Shown here: piece after piece, positions 51,640 through 62,369 of the stretch
How the letters are laid out: each line of letters opens with the position of its first letter
Position numbering within the stretch: position 1 is the stretch's first letter
From: a bacterium
GTDB lineage: Bacteria; JADJOY01
DNA: 64,000 nt
Direction: 5' to 3'
Assembly (NCBI GenBank): GCA_046331705.1
Contig: JAXLQJ010000007.1
Span: 1 to 64,000, forward strand
Notes under the pieces: model-generated
The model's database searches: none
The model's input: the letters and a program-made list of their open reading frames with translations, nothing else
Told to the model about the DNA's origin: nothing
Program-made: the position numbers and the translations under genes

Positions 51640-52850
51640 TCGCCGGCGTGCGGCGGCGGAGGCCGTCGGCGTCACGGAGGGTCTGCGCGGGGCGAGCGCT
51701 AGGCCGCCACCAGGCATCGGCAGCCGATCAGGCCCCGCGGACGTCGGTTCTGGACGTTGTACTTCGCCCGCAGGCACCAGGTCGCGCGCGCGCGAGCAGC
51801 ACGTCCAGAAGAGAACGTGAGTGTCTCGAGGCGCGCGAGCATCAGGCCCAGGCAATGGTGGATGCCGCTGCCGAACGAGAGATGGTCGTTGTCGCAGACG
51901 CGGTCCACGAGGGTCCGGTCAGCTCGGCGAAGACCCGCGGGTCCGCGGTTGCCGGCGGCGATGGTGAGCATCACCCGCGCATTCGCGGGGATGGTCTGGC
52001 CATGAAGCTCGATCGGTCGCGTGGTCTCGCGGAAGAAGCATTTCGAGGGCGGCCCGAAGCGCAGCATCTCCGCCGCGCCCGGCGAGCTCCTCAGCGCCGC
52101 GCGCTGGCTACGAGCTCATCAGGTTGGCCATCAGCGCCAGGAGCGCATTGCCCAGAAGGTTCGTGGTGGTCTCGTTGCCGGCGATCAGGAGCAGGATGCA
52201 GAAGTGGGCGGCTTCCTTGTCCGTGAGCGCCTCGCCATCGCCGGCCTGGGCCACGCGCGTAGTCGGGTCCTCGCGGGCCGTGCGCCGCTCGCGCACCTTC
52301 GCGTGAAGTAGTCGTTGAGCGCCGAACGGCGGTGCGCCTTTCGACCTCGGCATCGAGTGCTGTGGCGACGCCCTCGACCATCGGAATGGACAGCGCTTGA
52401 ACTGGGCGAGGTCGCCGTCGGGATGCCGAGCATCTCCACGATGACCTGGACAGGCAGCGGCAGCGTGGCTCGGAACGCATCGAACAGGGCACCATCAGCG
52501 TGCCGAGGCCGAATCAGCTCCTCGCAGATCGCGCGGATCCCGCCCCCAGGCCTCTTCGATCGCGCGGCGCGTGAAGACCGCCTGGACAGCGATGCGGCGC
52601 AAGCGGGTATTGCTTGGGCGGATCCGTGGCGATCAAACCCGGCTGGAAGCCGAGCTCGGTGAAGTTGCCCGCGCCGAGGAGTACGTCTGGTGGTCGCGAA
52701 ACGCCTCGCGCACGTCGGCGTAGCGCGTCAGCACCCAGTAGCCGCGCCGGGCGACGTGATAGAGCGGCGCCTCGTCGCGCAGGCGCGCGTACCAGAGGTA
52801 CAGGTCCGCGACGACGGCCGCATCGAAGGATCGAAGTCGAGCAACGCTTG
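51640..52850 (-). pseudogene. Cytochrome P450 (frameshifted)
   Basis: YARLRDEAP, TDPP, LLIAGNETTTNL, EMLRF, HLSFGSGIHHCLG. Confidence 0.85.
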
Positions 52851-52898
52851 AGCCCCCGAACGCCGTGATTCAGGCCGTTGACGCCTTGACGCGCCAAG

Positions 52899-52934
52899 TA
52901 GAACATGTTTCATTTTGGAAGGAAACCGGTTCGA
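52899..52934. promoter_or_regulatory. KstR-type operator(s) in a divergent promoter region
   Basis: TAGAACATGTTTCA (52899-52912) matches TnnAACnnGTTnnA; GGAAACCGGTTCGA (52921-52934) has one mismatch; TTGACG hexamers at 52878 and 52886. Confidence 0.72.
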
Positions 52935-53021
52935 CCTCACCTCGCGTTCGTACCCAAAATCAGGCGCTTTTCGTTCCTCCACCCGAAGTTCCGCTGGAAC
53001 GCGTTCCCGGCGAAGGCTCCG

Positions 53022-54070
53022 ATGGCGAAGGAGAATCGCTCCACACCCCGTTCTGCGAGATGTTCGGGATCGAGTACCCGATCATCGCCTTCACCCACTG
53101 CAGGACGTGGTGGTCGCGGTCACCAACGCCGGCGGCTTCCTCGGTGCTCGGCGAGGCGATGCACACGCCCGACGAGATCTCGGCCGACATCAAGTGGACC
53201 GCGATCGCATCGGTTCCAAGCCCTTCGGCGTGGATCTCGATCCTGCCGGTGCTGCTCGCGGGCGGTCTGGACGAGCTCCAGTCGAAGATCCCCGACGGCC
53301 ACCGCGCCTACGCGAAGATGATCCACGAGAAGTACGACGTGCCGGCGCCCAAGGGCAAGAGGCGCTTCACCAATGGGGCGAGGCTCAATCAGCAGATGGC
53401 GCGCGCCCAGCTCGAGATGCTGCTGGAAGAGCAGGTGCCGCTGCTCTCCAGGCCTCGGCAACCCGGCGTTCATCGATGCCGCTCATGCCCGCGGCATCAA
53501 GGTGTTCGGGCTGATCGGCAAGACTCGTCAGGCCAAGCGTGAGATCGAAGCGGGTGTCGACGGCATCATCGCCCAGGGCTTCGACGCCGCAGGCCACACG
53601 GGCGAGATGGGCACCTTCAGCATCGTGCCGAAGGTCGTCTCGGTCGCCCAGGGTCGTCCCGTCATCGCGGCTGGTGGTGTGACCGGGCCGTCACCTGGCC
53701 GCCGCGCTCTGCCTGGGCGCCGCAGGCGTGTGGACCGGCACGCTCTGGCTGGCGTCGCGCGAGAGCGACGTCGACATGATCATCAAGGAGCGGCTGATCG
53801 CCTCGAGCGCCGAGGACACCGACCTCGAAGTCGATCTCCACGACGATGCGCGTGCTCAAGTGCCCATGGACCACCGAGTGGAAGAAGCCCGAGGCCCCCG
53901 CCCCGCTACCGGCGCGCCTATCAGATGCTCCTCAGCTCGCCGTATCCAGGGCGCCAACGACAACCGCCGCGGTGACCTCGCGGCCGGAGGCTGGCCGGCC
54001 AGGGCGTGAGCTTCGTGACGGCCATGAAGCCGGCCTTGGATCGTCTGGACGTCGTCGACGGGCGCTCTGA
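53022..54070 (+). pseudogene. Nitronate monooxygenase/FabK-family flavin oxidoreductase (frameshifted)
   Basis: FGIEYPIIAFTHC, VTNAGG, IIAQGFDAAGHTG, VIAAGG, VWTGTLWL. Confidence 0.82.
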
Positions 54071-54509
54071 CCTTCGAACCTCACCGGCGGCGACGAGTGA
54101 CCGTGACCGAGTCGCAGCAACCGACGTATGCGGCCGTGCCCGGCTTCGACGCGAGCGTCGCCGGCAAGCGCGCCGGAAATGCGACGGCGAGCGGCCCGTC
54201 CTGGGAACGCGCTACGCGGGGCAGGAGTTCTCGGGACGCTGAGCGGCGATTACGTCGACCACGGCGATCCACCGTGGCGCTGGTATTTGCTCCGCGACCT
54301 CAAGCGAAAGCCGGACAACTACGCCAACGAATGCGTCGTGGTGCAGAATCGGGCAGCGTCTTCCTGGTCGACGAGCCCAACCGCGTTCAGGAGCGACCGT
54401 GACCAGCATGGCAGTCGTTCCCGGTGGCGCGGCCCCGGCGCAACGAGTGCCCCGACCGATCGGCCCGACCAGCCAGCGACCGGCAGCCTCGAATCCTGGA
54501 GATCAACCC

Positions 54510-55295
54510 GTGAAGATCGTCGTGTGTGCCAAGGAAGTCCTCGATCCCGATGCCGTGAACAACTACGCCCTCGCGGGCGGCCTGCAGATCGGCGCGGATG
54601 GCAAGACCGCACAGTCCGCCATTCCACGGCTCATGAACGCGTACGACGGCAAGCGATCGAAAACGCTGCGGCTGCGTGACGGCGGTGTCGCGGCGAAGCT
54701 CGCGGTGGTGTCGGCCGGGACCGACCCCGCGAGCATCCTGCCAGGCGGCGGCTCTCGGCGCCGACGAGACCAACTCCACGTCCAGGTCGATCCGGCGGCC
54801 CTCGACCTGACGGCGGTCGCCAAGCTGCTCGCGGCATACGTCACCAAGACCGGCGGCGCGGACCTGATCCTCTGCGGGCGCCAGGCATCCGACGACGATC
54901 AGGGTGTCGACGTTGCTCAACGAGCGGCTCGGCATGCCGGTCGTCACCGTCGCGCGTGCCATCGCCATGAGCGGCGACAAGGCCGTGCGCGTGACCCGCG
55001 TGACTCCCGACGGCGACGAGGTCGTCGAGGTCGCCCTACCCTGCATCGTCACCATCTCGAACGAGCTCGGCACGCCGCGCTACCTACCGCGCAGACCATC
55101 AAGGCGCGCAAGATGAAACCGGCAGCCTTCACGCCCGAGACGCTGGGGCTCGGCGCCGGCGAGCTGGCGCCGCGAGTGGTGCTCACCAATTCGTGCCCAC
55201 GGTCCGGGGCCAGTGCGAGTTCCTGTCGGGGGTCGCCAGCCGAGCTGGCCCAAGCGCTGCTCGCGCGTCTGCGCGCCGACGGCGCCATCGCCTGA
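54510..55295 (+). pseudogene. etfB: Electron transfer flavoprotein beta subunit (frameshifted)
   Basis: KIVVCAKEVLD, MNAYD, DLILCGRQASDDD, LPCIVTISNE...PRY. Confidence 0.85.
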
Positions 55296-55321
55296 GCGAC
55301 CGCTCCCTTCCGATCGGAGAC

Positions 55322-56281
55322 ATGACCATGTGCTCAACGCTGTCGTCGCATGCACCTGGGGTCGGCGGTCAACGGCCTCGCCGTCGACGCCGAAGCTCCT
55401 CACCGTCGCGTCCAAGGCCGCTGCGGGCCTGGGCGCGCCGCTGGCTCGTCGCGGATCCCGGTGGCCACGCCGAGCGCCGTCGCTGACTCGCTTCGGGGTC
55501 GCGAGCCTGGACCGGATCGAGGACGCGAAGCTCGCGTCGTTCTCGGCGGACGTGTACGTCGAAGCGCTCGCCCAGTACTGCGGCGCGGGTCGCCTGCAGC
55601 GCTGCTGGTCGTGCAGGTTTCGACAGCCGTGTGGTGGCGCCCGCTTCGCCGGTCGCCTCGGCAGCGCGGTGAGCAATGCCGTCGATGCCGACGTCACGGG
55701 CGGCAAGCTCGCGATCACCGCCTCGGCCTACGGCAGCGACACCCGCGTGGTGTACGAGTTCCAGGGCGGCGGCGCGCGCGTGGTGTCGGTCACGGCGAAC
55801 GCGGTCTCGATCGCCCCACCCGCTGCATCAAGGCGCGACACCACGACTCGCGCCATCGCCGTCGATCTGGTGGCGTCAGCGAACGCGTGAAGGTCGTCGA
55901 GCGTCCCACCGTCAAGGCCAGCGGCTCGAGAGGTGATCATCGTCTCTCCGAGCCGGGCGCGGCCTCGTGGCTACAAGCTCGTGGAAGAGCTGGCCGCGGC
56001 GCTCGGCGGCATGGCTGGCGCATCGCCCATCGTCGACGACGGCCAGGTCGGCTCAATCGCGCCCGGGGTCGGCCTCACCGGCCGGATCACCCGACCGGCG
56101 CTCTACCTCGCCGCCGGCATCTCGGGCGCGAGCCGGCACATGGCCGGTTGCTCCGCCGCCAAGACCATCGCCGCGATCAACACCGACAAGGACGCGGCGA
56201 TCTTCCACCACCCGCTACGGCGTGGTGGGCGGTCGCGTCGCGATCCTGGGCGAGCTCACCAAGGCCGCGAAAGGCGGGTGA
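55322..56281 (+). pseudogene. etfA: Electron transfer flavoprotein alpha subunit (frameshifted)
   Basis: VGLTGRITRPALYLAAGISGASRHMAG, AINTDKDAAIF. Confidence 0.85.
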
Positions 56282-56285
56282 ATCG

Positions 56286-56731
56286 ATGAAGGCGATGCCA
56301 AGACCGGCCAAATCCACGGGCTCGACGGATTCTTCGTCGACACCGCCGAAGGTCCGCGGTTGCTGGGCTGCGCTGCTCAACCTGTCGACACCGCCTATTT
56401 CCCGCGCTCGCCGCTCTGCCACAACCCCGACTGCGCGGGCTCGGATCGAGGACGCCCACCTCGGCGCCCAAGGCAAAGTACCTGGGCGTCGATCCAGAAC
56501 TATCCGCCCTCCACCGTCGAAATACAACGAGCCCTACAAGCCCTACGCCATGGGTGTGGTCGACACCAGCGACGGGCTGCTGCGCGTTCTGACGCAGATC
56601 GCGACCGGCGATCCCCACTCGCTCGCGATCGGTTGCGACGTGCGCCTGGTGATCGACGACTACCGCGACAAGGACGGCACCTCCGTCCTCACCTGGAAAG
56701 TACCGCCCCGTCGTCACAGGCCGATGCGTGA
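56286..56731 (+). pseudogene. DUF35 Zn-ribbon/OB-fold protein (frameshifted)
   Basis: YFPRSPLCHNPDC, PYAMGVVD, LRVLTQI, IGCDVRL; lies directly upstream of a thiolase. Confidence 0.75.
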
Positions 56732-57890
56732 CGTCGCCGCGATCGGCTGGCCTCCATCCCGCAGGGCAAGTTCAACGACAGATCCGTCGGCGAGCTTTGC
56801 CGTTTCGCCGTCGAGGCGCTCGCGGCGCCGGTGTCGCCTGGCGCGAGTGCAAGCGGTGGCCGCCGCCAGCTCCCGGACTACTCCGGCGGCAAGGGCTGGG
56901 CTCAACGGCAACGACGTCGTCGAGGACATGGGTTCGACCATCCCGGTCTGCAACCTCTCGGCCGGCTGCGCGGCGGGCGCCAACGCCTTCAACATCGGCT
57001 GGACGCGCTGGTCGCGAGCGGCGCCGACGGCCGTGCTGGAAATCGTCGGCGGCGAGAAGATGCCGAAGGCTTCATCCAGACCTCCGGCAACGAGGAAGAC
57101 CGATCCCGAGTTCGTGCGCCAGCGCATGATCGGCATGCCCGGACCCGCGTTCTGGCGCTGCTCTGTCGTCGGCGGATGGCCGAGTTCGGCACCACCGAGG
57201 AGCAGCTCGCGAAGATCGCGGTCAAGGCGCACAAACTCTCGGTCCACAATCCCAACGCGCGCGCTTTCGCGACGAGTTCACCCTGGAGGAAGATGTCGAG
57301 CGCGATGGTGAGCTACCCGCTGCGCTTGTTCGAGATCTGCCCGGTCAGCGATGGCGCGGCCGCGGTGCTGCTTGCTCGGCGGAGTTCGCGCGCAAGCACA
57401 CCACGCAGCCGGTGTGGGTGGCGGCAGGCGCCGTCGCCACCGCGCGCTTCGACGACGGCATCCCGCGCGGTCTCGCCTGCCGCGGCGCCCAAGTCGGGAC
57501 GCGTATCCGCAGCGAGGCGAGCTGGCGGTCGAGAAAGCGCTCGCCGCGGCACGTCGGCCCCAAGGACCTGGATTTCGTCGAGCTGCAGGACAACACGGTC
57601 TACTACGAGCTCGCGTTTCCCCGGGGATTGGGGCCTGTGCCGCGCCCGGCGAGGCCGAGCGCCTGATGGAACGCGGCGAGACCATGCCCACCGGAAGCTG
57701 CCGACCAATCGAGCGGCGGCTTCCTGTCCTTCGGCGAGGCCACCACCGCGCAGGGCATCTTCCAGATCTGCGAGCTCGGCTGGCAGCTCGGCGAGGCGGG
57801 CGCGCGTCGGAGTGCCGAATGCAAGCTCGGCCTCGCGCAGACGCTCGGTCTCGGCGGCAACGGCACCGCCACCGTCCTCGAAAGCGATAG
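56724..57890 (+). pseudogene. SCP-x-type thiolase (frameshifted)
   Basis: NLSAGCAAGANA, VGGEKMPK, NPNA, ICPVSDGAAA, VELQDN, GGFLSFGE, LGLGGNG. Confidence 0.82.
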
Positions 57891-57900
57891 GACTGACGAC

Positions 57901-58749
57901 ATGACCACGCCCAACCACTACCTCTACGAGCTTCGCGACGGCGTCGGCATCGTCACGCTCAATCGTCCCGAGCGCTTCAACGCCGTCACCTGGGAGCTCG
58001 CCGCCGATCTGGTGAAGCTCTTCGCCAGCGTCCGCGAGGACGAGGACGTCCGCACCATCCTCCTCACCGGCGCGGGCAAGGCCTTCTGTGCAGGAGGGGA
58101 CGCCGACTTCGTGAGCGGTAACGCGGCACGTCCCCTTCCTGGGCTCTCGGATCCGTCGATCCCGATGAAGCGCTCGCAGCGCAAGACGCCCGGCAAGCAT
58201 TCGCCGCCTTCACCAAGGCGCTCATCGACGTCGAGGAAGCCGGTGATCGCCGCGATCCACGGCGCGTGCGTACCAGGTGCGGGTCTCGCGGCCTTGTGTA
58301 CGACCGGCGCTTCGCCGACTCCACCGCCAAGCTCTCGGCCATCTTCGTCAAGCGCAGCTTCAGCCCCGACTGTGGCGTCGTGGTTCCTGCCACGGATCGT
58401 GCCGCTACCGGTGGCGCTGATGATGGTCGAGACCGGCAAGATGTTCTCCGCCGAGGAGTCGAAAGCGGTGGGGCTCGTCGGTGCCCGAGGGCAAGGACTT
58501 CGAGGCCGCGTTCGCCTACGCCAAGGGCTCGCCACGGGCACAGCGTGGCCATCGACCTCGGCCGCCGCTTCGTCCACAAGGCGAGCTCACGTCCGCACCC
58601 TCGACGAGATGCTCGACTACGAGTGCGTGGCCTCGACCATGACCTCGTCGACGCGGGACGCCAAGGAAGGCGTCGCCTCGATCCTCGAAGCGCAAGCCCG
58701 AGTGGAAGGGCTTCTGACGAGCGCTCGGAACGCGCGCCCCGCCCACTGA
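57901..58749 (+). pseudogene. Enoyl-CoA hydratase/isomerase (frameshifted)
   Basis: VTLNRPERFNA, LTGAGKAFCAGGD, KPVIAAIHGA, SWFLPRIV, DAKEGV. Confidence 0.85.
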
Positions 58750-58820
58750 CGAAGCGAGTACCTGATCACCTCGCCGCTGTCCTCGCTCCGCTCAGGATCG
58801 GGATCCGGGCACGAGATCCC

Positions 58821-59755
58821 TCACTCGAAGGTGCGGTCCGCACCCGCGAGCAGCGCTTTCCCGATCGAGCTTCAGGTTCATGTTGCTCCATCGTGCGCAG
58901 GTTCACGACGTAGCGGACCCGCCGCGGCGCCACCGGTGGCAACGCGCTCGGCGCCTTTCCAGCGAGCACCGCGTGGGCGAGCTCGCCGCATTGAAGCGGC
59001 CCAGGTCGTAGTCGCGCTCCAGGGCATAGAGTGCCCCGGCCTTGGCCCACGCCGGAGACACCGACGAACGGGATCCGGTTCTGGAACGAGAACAGCAACA
59101 ACGTCTTGGAGATCTCCGGAGGCGCGGGAAGTCCAGGGGATGCCGAGGATGACGTCGCTTTGCTGCTCGAGGGCCTCGAGGGCGCCCGGGATCTCGTTCG
59201 GTGGGTGCGTGCACGGGTTGCGCGACGAGGATCATGCCCGCGCGCTCGTGGCTGCCGCCAGCGCATCCACGTTCCGCTGATTCGGCAGGCTCGTACATCA
59301 CGCCGACGTTCTTGCGATCGAGGAGAAACCGCTTCAGCCACTCCACCTGCACGGCGATCAGGAACTCGAGGTGACGGCGGTGGCGAGCACTGCCGCCAGT
59401 GCCGCCGTTGACAGCACCGAACAGCCGATCACCGGGACGCGCGGATCGAGCCGCAGCGCCGCGTCCGTAGCTTCGCTGCCGATCGTCACCACACGGCGGC
59501 ACCTTCCGCGGACGCAGGCGACTGCCGTGGAGCGGCGGGGTCGAAGTCCACGGCGCGGACGTCCGTCACGCCTCGGCCGGCGAGGAAGCTCCGCCTGCAA
59601 CCCTTCGATCACCCTGGGCGTACGGTCGCTGCGCCGTGCGCAGGCACCGCCACCGTTCGTCCGCGCCGACCCTGCTCACCGGCACGAGGACGACGCGGCG
59701 GCAGGAGGGCCAGTGTCCGCAGCCAACGCCGAGCCGCCCCCGGCTCGTGGCTCAT
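58821..59755 (-). pseudogene. ABC-type substrate-binding-like periplasmic protein (frameshifted)
   Basis: VVTIGSEA, NVGVMY, LLLFSFQNRIPFVG, AGALYALERDY, YVVNLRT. Confidence 0.65.
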
Positions 59756-61760
59756 GGCAGCTCGAATCGATAGTCCACGTCGAGGGCGAACCGTGCGGCC
59801 ATCCTGGCGGATGGCGTCCTGGCGGAACTCCGCGGACACCGGATCCGCGTAACGTCGAAGGGTGTAGGCGGTGACCGAGGCCGCCGAGGCCGCCCAGCAC
59901 GCGCTGGGCGCGCAGGTGAGATTCGTGAGGTCGAGCAGATCGACGGCGCCGCCCGAGAGGGTCTTGCGCGACGAGGTGAAGAGCACCTCGGCGCCACCAC
60001 CAACCGATGCGTCGAGAACGGGGGACCGACCAGGTTGGCCTTCGCGGGAATGGGCAGGCGAGTTGGTGAGCCGCTGGTGCTGGCGCGGTCCTCGATCTCG
60101 ACGAAGTTGTAACTGAGCCGGGTGCCGATGCCGACGCGGTCAGGCCGCCGCGAGCTCGACGCCGTTCGCGAAGGGTCTCGCCGCGATTCCTCGGCACGCG
60201 CACGCCGCTCGTCGCGTCGCCGACGAACTCGATGAGGTCCGAGATCGTCGTGATAGAGCGAGCAACTCAGCCGCACTTGCTCGGCGAGCGCCTGTTCGGC
60301 CACCAGCTCGTAGCTGCGGATGATCTCCGGGCTCAGGTCCGCGTGACGCCCGTCCTCGCCCTGCGCATACGCGGTCTCGTACGGATTCGGCGCGCGGAAC
60401 GCCTCGCCGTAGATCCAGCTTCACGGTGGTGTCCGCGAGCGGACAGGTGACCCAGCGCGGCGCGTGGGCTCACGCGCTCGCCAGCTCTGCTGGTGGTCGA
60501 ACGGAGCCCGGCCTGCAAGGTGACGAACGACCACGGCGTCGGCCACTCTCGTCCTCCTGCAGGTAGAGCGCCCGGTCGACGGTGCTGCTTGTCGATGTCC
60601 ACGTAGGGCGTGCGCGGCTCGACGTCAAGGATTTCGAAGAAGGTGGAGGTCGAAGTTGGCGGGCCTTTCGCCGCCGCGGCCGGCGTTGCTCTGCAGGCGC
60701 GGGCGGTACATCGCTGTTGATCTCGCCACGCGCTCGCCGTGCGGTCGCCGTCTGGGCGTTCGGGACGGTTGCGCGGTCAGACGTTAAAATGGTGACGAAG
60801 CGCGCGCATCCGCAGCAGGCGATGTAATGCCGTGCCACGCCGCGTTCCAGCGCGGCGCAGGGTGCGCGTAGCTCGAGGTCGCCCCAGCTCTACCTGGTCG
60901 CGGGTGAGGTTTCGCGGCGAGTCGAAGACAGTCCCGAAGGAGACCGGTCAGGATGTGCTTGTTCCGCTCCCCGTAGCCCGCCGTGAGCGTGAGATCCCGC
61001 CAGGAGAGCTTCGCGAAGAGGTTCCGGCCGCGCTCGCCGTCGACGTCGTCGGCGATGCCCGTCATGGGTCGCGGGGTCGTCGAATTCGGGGAAATAGAGC
61101 CTCGGATTGCCGGCGCTGTCGAAGTAGCTGGCGCCGGTCAAGGGGCTCGAACCCGGCGCTCGTCGCGATCCGCGGCGAGCCGGGCACCGTAGGTCTCGAA
61201 CAGGCCCACCGTGCCGCCCGCCTCCGCGCCCTCGAGATCGCGGCTTCGCGCTTGGTGATGACGTTGACGATCGCGAAGAACGCGTTGGTGCCGGCCGGCG
61301 ACAGCCGGGCCGCGCGACCTCCTCGCTCGATCAGGCTCATGTCCATCGTGCCGCGCGCCCAGGCTCGCCGAGTCGAAGACCGGTTCGTTAAGACGATGCC
61401 CGTCCACGAGGATCAGCACGCGAGCGTTGTAGTCGCCCGGCCGAAGGAAGCCGCGGGCACCGGCGTAGCTGTAGTTCGGTCGTTCGTCCACGAAGAAGCC
61501 AGGCACGCTCGCGAGCAAGTCCGCCAGCGTGCGATAACCAAGTTGCAGATCTCCTCGGTGACGATCGTCACGTTCGATGGCGCATCGGTCACCTTCTGCT
61601 CGTACTTGGAGCCGCGAAGACCGAGGAATGTCCTCCGAGAACGCCGCCTCCGCCGTGGGGCGCGGCGACGGTCTCCTCCGCGTTGGCGGCCACGCTCGAC
61701 ACGGCCCAGATCAGGCATGCCAGCGCGAGACGCCTTCGACTCGAGGCCCGTTCGTTAGCG
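59752..61760 (-). pseudogene. TonB-dependent receptor (frameshifted; start approximate)
   Basis: SKYEQKVTDAPSNVTIVT, YNARVLILVDGHRLN, NAFFAIVNVIT, C-terminal QDGRT...DYRF. Confidence 0.82.
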
Positions 61761-62369
61761 CGGCTGCGGGGGAACGAGCGCTGTGCGCTGCAGCAGCAGC
61801 TCTCGCTGGCTGCTCGCTGTCGGGGTCGGATCGGCCCACGCTCGACGGCCTGAAGAAAGGTTTGGACGAGCATCGGTGCCTCCTTGGGACGAAGGCGGCG
61901 CCCATCCCACTCGCTCGAGCCCGTCGCCGGCGGGGTCGCTGGTAGCCGGTTTATCCGGGCGCGCGACCCCGCGCGTGGTCGTCCACGTACGGCCGAACAG
62001 TCCGAGTTGGCCCGTCGTCCAGGCCGCCGGGGTGCGGTGGTACTGAGGATGGCGCGGCGTTCAAGGTGGTCGCTTCGGCGGCTGCCTCGAACAGAGCAAG
62101 CGCGATGCCGCCACGCGTGACTGTCGCGCCACCGGGGGCACGGCCGTCAGGATCAACGCGAACCGTCCGTGCTCCGAACAGTCGCCCTCGACCGTTCGCT
62201 TTCGAGACGGTGATCGCCGCCCCCTCGTGGATCGGACCCGGAAAACACAGTCTTTTTGAGTTCGGTCGCAACGTGGCCCCGCGGTTTGCCTCGGTGCGCG
62301 GGGCGATCGTCCGAGGGCACGCGCTGCCCGGTCTTCCAGCGCCGCGTAGTCGCGGCTCGTGGGGAGGTA

